Program-made: the position numbers and the translations under genes
NCBI GenBank assembly: GCA_964507425.1
Contig: CAZDQD010000112.1
Span: 5,808-69,807, forward strand
Direction: 5' to 3'
Length of the DNA: 64,000 nucleotides
From: an uncultured Vicinamibacteraceae bacterium
GTDB lineage: Bacteria > Acidobacteriota > Vicinamibacteria > Vicinamibacterales > UBA8438
Notes under the pieces: model-generated
Told to the model about the DNA's origin: nothing
Database searches by the model: none
Seen by the model: the letters and a program-made list of their open reading frames with translations, nothing else
Shown: piece after piece, positions 55,022 through 63,397 of the stretch
Layout of the letters: every line of letters starts with the position of its first letter
How positions within the stretch are numbered: the stretch's first letter is position 1

Positions 55022-56959
55022 CTACTCGCGGAGGAACAGTGGCCGGTGGTTACGTTGATCGAAAAGAAGTCGCATCGCAGATGTGTCAAGTTGGCCGTCT
55101 GAACCGAACAGTAGTTGTGGGTCCTGCCGTGTGCGCGAGGCGAGAGTGTTACGCCAGTTGTTAAGGAGTTCCACGGCATCGGCAATGCGATCGTCGCGCG
55201 GTCCTACAAAGTCATACGAGAACCCTTCGTATCCGGCAAGGGTCTTGATGGAGTTTGCGCTGATGTACCGGACCACGTCATAGGGATCCCCCAATAGTTC
55301 CGCCAAATAGGGAACCATCCATTCTGTTCCAGAGGCAGATTGGGAGGGCTGCCAGCCGTAACTCCATGCTGCGAGCGCTCGTTGTCCGGCATCTCCCTTG
55401 AGTAGCCAGAGTATTGAGGCGGCAACCGTACGTTGTTGCTCGTTAAGGTCTGGCGCTGCGCCGCCGTACCAATCTTCCAAATGGTTGCCGGTCCATGCCA
55501 ACGTTTGGTCAAGGTGGCAGAGATTGCACGCATTAGGGCGACCGACGTCAACCGTTTCTTCCACGGAAGGGCTCGTGATGGTGTGACTTCGTATCGCACG
55601 CATCAATCCGTAGGATGTGTAGGGCATATGGCAGTTGTAGCAACTGCTTCCTGAAGAATCAGCGCTATGATTCGTGTGCGACGGGACGTTTTGCGCGATC
55701 GACGGATGGCATTGCTGACACGCGCTATTGGTTTCCATGCCTTCGGCGAGCTGGTGGGTGTCGGCCCAGTCGGCTACCGGCCGAAGATCATCAGGATCTT
55801 TGTGCATGTTGTGGCAGGAAAAGCACGATAAGGTCCGGTCTTGGCTGTCAGCATTAAAGAAGCACGGCGAGTCGACGAGCCCGTTGTACTCCCGTCCAGA
55901 AACTCTGATCACGCCATCCGGCCAGAATGAACCGCGCACGAAATCTGGATCCGTTTCGAGCAAGGCTCTCATATGAGTGGATTCCGCGTTTACTGTTGGT
56001 TGTGCAACAAAACGTGTATCAGTGAGTGTGTCCCCAGGTTGGTAGGCTAGGCCGTTGGCGCTTGCGGAGCGCTCGTCGGCTACGTCATAGAACTCCCACA
56101 CGCTGTGACATTGGCCGCAGACCTCTGATGAGCGTTTCGGATCAAGACTTGTTGGTTCTGTGATTGTTTGGTCGCTGGCATTCGAGAAATGAAGTCCGTA
56201 ACGCCGCCAAGGATTTTGGTTGGCCGTGACATGGTCGCTTGCTGGTCCATGACACGATTCGCAAGCTATTCCAAATTCGGCGACTGTCGTGCCAACTTCT
56301 TGTGATGTAATCGGTTCTGATCTGTACGGAGTATCGAATTGGGTTTTGCCGTGTGTCGTATGACACGAAATACACACCGCGTTCCAGTGGCCATCATGTG
56401 TGGCAACCCCTTGATTTGGCGGTGAGAGTATCACGGAATTACGTGGGACCCACCGCTCGTCATTTAGTAGATAGACTGCTGGTAGGACGTTGAGCGTGCG
56501 TTGATGTTCAGTTGCGTACCAATAGATATTTTGGTGATGTGAGCCGGTAATCATCACTACCTGACGCGTGATTCTCGGCTGTTCTTGAGGGTCTCCTTCC
56601 CAGCCAGGATCGTCGAAACTTGCCCAAAACTCTTCTCCTCGCCGTTCCAGTTCCATTGGCGAGCCAGGGATAATGTCAACGTGGACGCCATTAAAGTCGG
56701 CACGGACGGATTGAGGGGTCGCAAGTTGGGTCATCGTTCTGTGAAAGGACCCATGCCATGAATCGTATTGGGAGGGGTGGCAGGCTTGACAAGTGTTCGA
56801 TGACACGTAGCCATCTGTTGTTACCGCTATGGGGCGGTGGCTAATATCTTGCTCTCGCTGTTGAGGCTCTAGAGAGACGACGATGAAAGCAGCGACCAGC
56901 GAGGCGCATGCAAGCAAAAGTGCAAGCGATACGGAGACGGGCCACGAAGTGTTTCGCAT
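55022..56959 (-). CDS. Membrane-anchored octahaem c-type cytochrome with a HEAT-like C-terminal region
   Basis: Eight CxxCH motifs: CQACH, CISCH, CESCH, CGQCH, CFSCH, CQQCH, CYNCH, CNLCH. N-terminal TM is VSVSLALLLACASLVAAFIVV. C-terminus has LLGDPYDVVRYISANSIKTL. ATG 56959 preferred; the ORF maximum (57145) overlaps the upstream gene. Confidence 0.85.
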   Translation of the reverse strand: MRNTSWPVSVSLALLLACASLVAAFIVVSLEPQQREQDISHRPIAVTTDGYVSSNTCQACHPSQYDSWHGSFHRTMTQLATPQSVRADFNGVHVDIIPGSPMELERRGEEFWASFDDPGWEGDPQEQPRITRQVVMITGSHHQNIYWYATEHQRTLNVLPAVYLLNDERWVPRNSVILSPPNQGVATHDGHWNAVCISCHTTHGKTQFDTPYRSEPITSQEVGTTVAEFGIACESCHGPASDHVTANQNPWRRYGLHFSNASDQTITEPTSLDPKRSSEVCGQCHSVWEFYDVADERSASANGLAYQPGDTLTDTRFVAQPTVNAESTHMRALLETDPDFVRGSFWPDGVIRVSGREYNGLVDSPCFFNADSQDRTLSCFSCHNMHKDPDDLRPVADWADTHQLAEGMETNSACQQCHPSIAQNVPSHTNHSADSSGSSCYNCHMPYTSYGLMRAIRSHTITSPSVEETVDVGRPNACNLCHLDQTLAWTGNHLEDWYGGAAPDLNEQQRTVAASILWLLKGDAGQRALAAWSYGWQPSQSASGTEWMVPYLAELLGDPYDVVRYISANSIKTLAGYEGFSYDFVGPRDDRIADAVELLNNWRNTLASRTRQDPQLLFGSDGQLDTSAMRLLFDQRNHRPLFLRE

Positions 56960-57029
56960 CGGACAAGCCCGCAGTCCATCGCCCTCCCTTATTGAGGGCG
57001 ACGAACTGCCGACTGAATTATCAGAGACG

Positions 57030-57674
57030 TTAGTTTGCGGCGAAGCAGTAGTAGAAGCCGTTACCGCCGGTGCCTTGGAGGTCAGCCTGTCCGCATCCAC
57101 GAGAGCCGTGAGCTGAATTCCACGACGTTGGATTAGCACCGCCACCCTGGCGGTCGTGGTGCCCGACTAGAGCGCTGCCGTCACCAGAATTGTCTGTCCA
57201 GTTTCCACACGTGGAGTCATCACTGCCACCTGCCGCAGTGCCATCCAGTTGAGAGCCGGTGAGGATATCGTGCATGTTCGGGTCATCACCTCGTCCATTT
57301 ACGATTTGCCCCTGCTCGTTTAGCTGGGTTTCTTTAGTCAAGTTGTTGTTGTCACTGTGGAGGTTGGAAACACTTGATGCAACTTGTACGCCGCCATGGT
57401 TGTGCCACGGTCCAGTTCCAATACGGTCTCTTGCGTTCGCCCCACCTGCTCCTGTTGTGCTTAAGTAGGCGCGCCATGTTTTGTCACCTGCTCCGGCATT
57501 GGCTGCGAGCATCTGGCAATGACGATCAGCTCCGTCTAGTCCACCAAGGTTAGCCCCATCACCAGGGCCAGCGCTTGTGATGAAGAAGCTCATATCGGAT
57601 GATTGCATTGCTGCAGGCATTGCCATCGCGAGGGCTAAAAGTAGAGAGATCCCAAGCCACCATGTACGAGTCAT
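57030..57674 (-). CDS. Secreted endostatin-like / DUF1554-like (C-type lectin fold) protein
   Basis: Signal peptide. GGLDGADRHCQMLAANAG...WRAYLST, ILTGSQLDG...STCGNWTD, RGCGQ and FYYCFA give four Cys in the same order and context as I recall for collagen XVIII endostatin. Confidence 0.6.
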   Translation of the reverse strand: MTRTWWLGISLLLALAMAMPAAMQSSDMSFFITSAGPGDGANLGGLDGADRHCQMLAANAGAGDKTWRAYLSTTGAGGANARDRIGTGPWHNHGGVQVASSVSNLHSDNNNLTKETQLNEQGQIVNGRGDDPNMHDILTGSQLDGTAAGGSDDSTCGNWTDNSGDGSALVGHHDRQGGGANPTSWNSAHGSRGCGQADLQGTGGNGFYYCFAAN

Positions 57675-57756
57675 CGGTCATTCTCCTTCCCGCCAATCAA
57701 AATTCGTGTGGCGATAGGTTCATGTTGTGGAATGGAGTGTAGCATTAGAGCTACAT

Positions 57757-58395
57757 ATGACACATTACATGCCGTGGGTTGTTTTTGCTTGCGTGGTTAG
57801 CTTTATTGGGTGTCAGTCTATTGAGGCTGGACAGGACCCGAGGTCTATTTTGGATCGTGCGGTTGACGATTTTTCTTCGGGACGTTTGACGGATGCTGCC
57901 GCGGGTTTTGATGAAGTCGCCGCGCTGGTTCCCTCGGTGGCTCCTCAACTGTGGCAACGGGGTATTGCTCTCTACTATGTGGGGCGCTTTGAGGATTGTC
58001 GTCGTATGTTTGAGTCGCATCGAACAGTTAATCCGAATGACGTAGAGAATGCAGCATGGCATTTTCTCTGTGTGGCGCGTAGCGAATCTCCTAGTGCGGC
58101 ACGGATGGCTTTATTGCCTGTTGGCCCTGACGGACGGGCGCCCATGACTGAGATTTACCAGATGTTTGAAGGGAGTTTGACCCCAGCTGAGGTGTTAACC
58201 GCGGGCGAAGGCCTGATGGGCGGCGCGCGGGACCGTGCGATCTTTTACGCACATTTGTATGTTGGTCTCTACTATGAGGCGGTTGGCAATGAAGCGGGAG
58301 CTCGCGAACATATTCTTGCGGCGTCGGCCGCAGAGTATGCGCGGTCGGGCGGATATATGCACACCGTTGCCAAGGTGCACGTCAGCCAGTTCTAG
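57757..58395 (+). CDS. Putative lipoprotein, helical/TPR-like, unknown function
   Basis: Lipobox SFIGC. Helical repeat-like sequence WQRGIALYYVGRFEDCRRMFESH...NPNDVENAAWHFLC. ATG 57757 preferred over GTG 57727. Confidence 0.55.
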   Translation: MTHYMPWVVFACVVSFIGCQSIEAGQDPRSILDRAVDDFSSGRLTDAAAGFDEVAALVPSVAPQLWQRGIALYYVGRFEDCRRMFESHRTVNPNDVENAAWHFLCVARSESPSAARMALLPVGPDGRAPMTEIYQMFEGSLTPAEVLTAGEGLMGGARDRAIFYAHLYVGLYYEAVGNEAGAREHILAASAAEYARSGGYMHTVAKVHVSQF

Positions 58396-58426
58396 ATGGA
58401 AATTGTTCCGTAATTCGTTGGGTTAA

Positions 58427-58957
58427 TTACGGTAGACAGGGTGTCGACCATTCCTCGCATGCTGGGACGGTCGTGGTTCTGTTGTAGACCAAGCGACTTG
58501 ACTGTTCCGTATCGCTACTAGTGGTTGAAACATCGATAGTTAACACGGAGCCATTTGAACTTAATTTCAAGGTCCTACGGACGGCCGTAACGGCTGCGCT
58601 GCCACTATCGCCGCGCGTACCTTCGACGACGAGACGTGGTCCGTTCCAACGCGCGACGACAGACATGTCGGCATCTTGTGTCACAGGAATCGTACTTTCT
58701 GCATTGAGCTTGTAGGTGCGCGCTTGACTTTCGTTTACCTCACTAAGAAGCGTGACGTCACCGTTGAGGCTGTGTGTGACGTGTAATCTCTGTGGGGCAC
58801 CTCCGTCGCCGATTCGTGCGAGCCCGCCTCCTGGGGTAAGACGACTTCGGTTCGTATCGAGTACCCAAGTGCCATTAAAGTTGGTCTCTTGGGCTACGGC
58901 TGCAAGAGACAGTGCTAGAAACACGCCAGAAAAAGCGATTACTTTGCGGCCAACCAT
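58427..58957 (-). CDS. Small secreted beta-rich protein, unknown function
   Basis: Signal peptide VFLALSLAAVAQ, then NGTWVLDTNRS. ATG 58957 preferred over the ORF maximum at 59029. Confidence 0.5.
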   Translation of the reverse strand: MVGRKVIAFSGVFLALSLAAVAQETNFNGTWVLDTNRSRLTPGGGLARIGDGGAPQRLHVTHSLNGDVTLLSEVNESQARTYKLNAESTIPVTQDADMSVVARWNGPRLVVEGTRGDSGSAAVTAVRRTLKLSSNGSVLTIDVSTTSSDTEQSSRLVYNRTTTVPACEEWSTPCLP

Positions 58958-59105
58958 ATGGCTATTGATTATATTAAGTAGCCGTTCTCCGAACAAAAAA
59001 GTGCTAATTTCTATTGTCCGGAGCTGCACAATGACGTAGAACCTGAAGTATCGTTGCTCGATGTATCTGGATTTGTAGTTGTTGGCCGATTTGGAGGCAA
59101 ATGAA

Positions 59106-61268
59106 ATGCAGTCTGATCGTCTTTCCCGGATGGGTTTTTTCGTAATTGTTGGGCTCGCTTTGACGACGATTTCGTGCGCCGACGTTGATGCTCAGCAAGA
59201 CGTTGCGGTTGACGCGGATGATATCGGCGGTGTGGTTGCCGGTCCTAACGGGCCTGAAGCCGGAGTGTGGGTTATTGCTGAGACGACCGACCTACCAACT
59301 CGTTTTAACCGCATTGTAGTCACTGATGATGCTGGTCGATATGTCCTACCTGACCTACCTGAGGCGTCGTACGACGTGTGGGTCCGTGGCTACGGCCTGG
59401 TCGATTCTGCAAAGGTTCGGGCGATGCCAGGGACTTCGTTAGACCTGACGGCTGTCCTCGCGCCGAACGCGGAAGCGGCGGCGCAATACTATCCTGCAGG
59501 GTATTGGCTGTCATTGATTGAAGTTCCGGGTCGTGACCAGTTTCCAGGGACTGGGCCCAACGGAAACGGCATCTCACCAAATATGGAGAATCAAGCTCAA
59601 TGGATTCGGACGGTCAAGTCCGGTGGCTGTACGGCATGTCACTCACTCGGTAACAAGGCAACACGAGAAGTTCCGGCAGCGCTTGGCGAATTTGATTCAA
59701 TGGTTGCAGCGTGGGACCGACGTATTCAGTCAGGACAAGCCGGTGGTTCAATGTCGAATGGACTGGACCGGATGGGCCGGCGGGCAGCCCTTGAAATGTT
59801 TGCGGGCTGGACAGATCGCATCGTTGCCGGCGAGCTGCCAGAAGCACCGCCTCGTCCGAAAGGCATAGAACGCAATGTAGTTGTGACTCAGTGGGATTGG
59901 GCGGATCCGAAGGTCTATCTACATGATGAAATTGCGACAGATAAACGTAATCCAACAGTAAACGCGTATGGCCCCATTTACGGCGCCTTGGAGGCGAGTG
60001 CTGACTATGTTCCCGTACTCGACCCAGTGCGTAATGAGGCGCGACAGGTGCCTGTGCCTGTTCGAGATCCAAACACACCGCTTGCCGCCGGTCCGCCGCT
60101 TGCGGCGTCACCCTATTGGGGCGACGAGGCTATTTGGAACAGTCAAACCAACGTTCATAATCCGATGCTTGATCAAGATGGGCGCGTGTGGCTGACGTCA
60201 CGAGTGCGTGGACCGGACAATCCGGCGATGTGTCGTGAGGGGTCAAATCATCCCTCGGCTCGTGCGTTCCCAGTCGACAGGTCGGGAAGACACCTTGCTG
60301 TCTGGGACCCGACTACCGAGGAGATGACGTTGGTCGGCACTTGTTTCAGTACTCATCATCTTGTTTTTGCGGAGGATGAGAACAACACTCTTTGGACAAG
60401 TGGTGGCGGGCAGACTATCGGTTGGCTTGATACAAAAACTTTCTTGGAGACTGGTGACGAGGAGCAGTCTCAGGGGTGGACTGCTCTTGTGTTAGACACG
60501 AATGGTAACGGTCGGCGTGACTCATATACAGAGCCAGATGAACCTATTGACCCGGCACAGGACCACCGTGTAACAAGCGGATTTTATGGTGTTGCGGTGA
60601 ACCCAGTTGATGGGACCATTTGGGGCTCATCTCTAGGGTTTCCTGGTTCCGTCTTGAGGCTCGATCCTGGCGACGATCCGTCCATGACTGCGCTCGTTGA
60701 GGTTTTTGAGGTGCCATGGGGGAACCCACGAGCTGCTGTGCAAGGATATTCGCCGCGTGGCATGGATATTGATAGAAATGGCGTTGTTTGGACGCCACTT
60801 GCCAGCGGTCATATGGCTAGCTTTGACCGTCGAAAATGTACCGGGCCACTCAATGGGCCGGACGCGACCGGCCAGCACTGTCCCGAAGGTTGGGAGCTTT
60901 TCACGGAGCCACTCCCGCAGTTCAAAGGTGTGTCGGACTCAGGAAGTGCGGAGGGAAGTTACTACACATGGGTAGACCAGTTCGATACGTTCGGGCTCGG
61001 AGAAAATATTCCGATTAACACGGGTAATGCCTCGGAGGCTCTACTGGCTTTGAAGGATGGTGAGTGGGTAATTATTCGCGTGCCGTATCCCTTAGGTTTC
61101 TATACGAAGTGGATGGATGGTCGTATTGACGATCCGAATGCTGGTTGGAAAGGTAGAGGATTGTGGGCGACGTACGGGACCCGTGCGCCGTTCCATACGG
61201 AAACAGGTAAGGGTACGCCAAGTAAGGTCGTGCACTTCCAGCTTCGTCCAGACCCCCTCGCGAGATAG
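59106..61268 (+). CDS. Secreted or lipoprotein fusion of a CarboxypepD_reg-like domain, a mono-haem cytochrome c domain and a large beta-rich (propeller-like) region
   Basis: LALTTISC lipobox-like. GGVVAGPNGPEAGVWVIAETT...VTDDAGRYVLPDLPEASYDVWVRGYG. Haem motif GGCTACHSLG. About 450 aa of repeat-like beta sequence follow. Confidence 0.65.
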   Translation: MQSDRLSRMGFFVIVGLALTTISCADVDAQQDVAVDADDIGGVVAGPNGPEAGVWVIAETTDLPTRFNRIVVTDDAGRYVLPDLPEASYDVWVRGYGLVDSAKVRAMPGTSLDLTAVLAPNAEAAAQYYPAGYWLSLIEVPGRDQFPGTGPNGNGISPNMENQAQWIRTVKSGGCTACHSLGNKATREVPAALGEFDSMVAAWDRRIQSGQAGGSMSNGLDRMGRRAALEMFAGWTDRIVAGELPEAPPRPKGIERNVVVTQWDWADPKVYLHDEIATDKRNPTVNAYGPIYGALEASADYVPVLDPVRNEARQVPVPVRDPNTPLAAGPPLAASPYWGDEAIWNSQTNVHNPMLDQDGRVWLTSRVRGPDNPAMCREGSNHPSARAFPVDRSGRHLAVWDPTTEEMTLVGTCFSTHHLVFAEDENNTLWTSGGGQTIGWLDTKTFLETGDEEQSQGWTALVLDTNGNGRRDSYTEPDEPIDPAQDHRVTSGFYGVAVNPVDGTIWGSSLGFPGSVLRLDPGDDPSMTALVEVFEVPWGNPRAAVQGYSPRGMDIDRNGVVWTPLASGHMASFDRRKCTGPLNGPDATGQHCPEGWELFTEPLPQFKGVSDSGSAEGSYYTWVDQFDTFGLGENIPINTGNASEALLALKDGEWVIIRVPYPLGFYTKWMDGRIDDPNAGWKGRGLWATYGTRAPFHTETGKGTPSKVVHFQLRPDPLAR

Positions 61269-61300
61269 AACCGCCGACTAGTGGTTTGGGAGAGATGAGA

Positions 61301-63292
61301 ATGAAAAGTATTCGTTGTTTATTGGTTATGTGGGTTTGTCTTGCGGTCAGTAGTCCTCTTCAGGCAGAAGTCCTGAGGGTGATTGTGGAGTCGCGTACCG
61401 CTTTTGCTGAAGATGTTGAGGGCAAGATTGGACCTTATGAGCGAATTCGCGGTCGTGTCGTCTACGCTCTTGACCCGGATCTCGAGGCGAACGGGGCTGT
61501 CGTTGACTTACATTTGGCGGCAACGAATGGCGATGGTTATGTCGAGTTTTATGCGGATTTTGAAATTATCGCACCCGTTGATCGCACCTTGGCCCAACGC
61601 ACAGTGCTGTACGACGTAAATAACCGCGGTCGTCGACTACTTGGGATGCAACCTTTTTTTCTTCGTCACGGGTATGTCACGGTATCAAGCGGTTGGATTG
61701 CGGAGGTCCCTGTCAACGATACGCTGATGCGTATTGAGGCGCCGGTCGTGTTGGGGGATGACGGTGTGCCGATCGTTGGACCGGTGCGCGCGGAACTTTC
61801 CACAGACACCCAAACGCATCGACTTAGCCTTGCCAGTCGAGGTGCCCTCGCATTTGAGCCCGTGACTGGCAGTTTGCCTGCCGCCACGCTTACCCGTCGT
61901 CAGCGTGAACGTGACACGCCCCATGTGATTCCTCGCAGCGAGTGGGAGTTTGTGTTAACAGAGGGCCCTCGTGAAGAAGGGAGTGGATTGGTTGAAGGTG
62001 CCATCGAGCTTAAGGGTGGTTTTGAGCCCGGGTTACTTTATGACCTAATCTATGAGGCGCGTGGCTCGGTTGTACAGGGGGCTGGTTTTGCGGCCATTCG
62101 AGATTTTGTTTCGTTCGTTAAGCATGATTCGACTTCAATGAACCCCCTCCGAGACCAGACGGGCGCTCCATTGGCGAAGCGGGTGATCGGTGCTGGACGT
62201 TCACAGAGCGGTCGCGCACTTCGAATGTTTCTTTATGAGGGATTCAATACGGATGAACAAGGTCGCCAGGTGTTTGAGGGGGCTATGCCGGTTATTTCTG
62301 GTGGTGGCCAGGGATTTTTTAACCATCGGTTCGCCTCGCCGACACGTACGGCTAATGAACATACAGGGCATCTCTACCCGGTAGATGTGTTTCCGTTTGC
62401 TTATGGTGACGAAACCGATCCATTTAGTGGGCAGACTGATAGTATTCTGCGCCGTGCGAATCAGGATGGAACTGCGCCAAAAATTATGCATCTTGATACG
62501 ACGTCGGAATACTGGCACCGTGCCGCGTCTCTTGTGTTGACCGATCCGAGTGGCACGCGTGATACCGAAGTGCCTGGAGATGTTCGAATTTACGCTTTCG
62601 GTGGATCTCAGCACAGTCCATCTCAGGGGCCATCGGACCGCGGGCAGTTGTTGCCGAACCCGAATGTCTATCAACCGTTTGTGGAAACGTTATTTACTGC
62701 AATGGACCGATGGCTAACGGAGGGAACGTTGCCACCACCGAGTGTCCATCCTCGGGTGGCTGATGGCACGCTGGTTGGCTGGAGAGCGTCGCAAACTGGT
62801 TGGAGGGCGTTGCCAAATGTGACGTATCCCACAACGATACATCAGCCAGATTCACTAGATTACGGCGAAGCTTTTGATCGTGAACGTATAATCGATAATC
62901 ACCCGCCCTATCGTTCTGATGCCCGGTATGGCGTTTTGGTGCCGGCCTTGGACGGGGATAACAACGAGCGAGGCGCGTTGCGTATGCCTCGGGTTGAGGT
63001 GCCGATTGCGACTTATACCGGTTGGAATCTTCGTAACCGCTCGATAGGAGCGCCAGACGCGTTATTGGGACTTGCAGGGGGCTACATCCCGTTTCCAATC
63101 ACGAAGGCCGCCCGTGAAGCGTCAGGCGATCCAAGGCTGTCCGTTGAAGAGCGTTATCAAGCGTTTGACGCATATCACCAGCAGACGATGGATGTAGCAG
63201 CCAAGCTTGTGAAAGACGGCTACTTACTCGATGAACACCTTTCGGAGATCGAGGCAGATACTGAGTCGAGCCGTGGGCTCTTTAAGGAGTGA
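61301..63292 (+). CDS. Secreted alpha/beta-hydrolase-like protein
   Basis: Signal peptide ending SPLQA. GAGRSQSGRALRMFLYEGFN resembles the nucleophile-elbow region of the large 'alpha/beta hydrolase domain' family. ATG 61301 is preceded by GGGAGAG. Confidence 0.5.
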   Translation: MKSIRCLLVMWVCLAVSSPLQAEVLRVIVESRTAFAEDVEGKIGPYERIRGRVVYALDPDLEANGAVVDLHLAATNGDGYVEFYADFEIIAPVDRTLAQRTVLYDVNNRGRRLLGMQPFFLRHGYVTVSSGWIAEVPVNDTLMRIEAPVVLGDDGVPIVGPVRAELSTDTQTHRLSLASRGALAFEPVTGSLPAATLTRRQRERDTPHVIPRSEWEFVLTEGPREEGSGLVEGAIELKGGFEPGLLYDLIYEARGSVVQGAGFAAIRDFVSFVKHDSTSMNPLRDQTGAPLAKRVIGAGRSQSGRALRMFLYEGFNTDEQGRQVFEGAMPVISGGGQGFFNHRFASPTRTANEHTGHLYPVDVFPFAYGDETDPFSGQTDSILRRANQDGTAPKIMHLDTTSEYWHRAASLVLTDPSGTRDTEVPGDVRIYAFGGSQHSPSQGPSDRGQLLPNPNVYQPFVETLFTAMDRWLTEGTLPPPSVHPRVADGTLVGWRASQTGWRALPNVTYPTTIHQPDSLDYGEAFDRERIIDNHPPYRSDARYGVLVPALDGDNNERGALRMPRVEVPIATYTGWNLRNRSIGAPDALLGLAGGYIPFPITKAAREASGDPRLSVEERYQAFDAYHQQTMDVAAKLVKDGYLLDEHLSEIEADTESSRGLFKE

Positions 63293-63332
63293 GTCCTTAC
63301 GATAAGTAGTAGATGGCTTCTCGGTCTAGAGA

Positions 63333-63366
63333 CCGTTACAATTTGGTTAGCTTGTGACGGTTTACT
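63333..63366 (+). terminator. Possible intrinsic terminator after 61301-63292
   Basis: CCGTTACAA / 10-nt loop / TTGTGACGG gives 9 bp with one G-U pair, followed by TTTACTGT. The T-tract is weak. Confidence 0.35.
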
Positions 63367-63397
63367 GTCTCACGTGAACGTATCTGGGAGAGATTAA

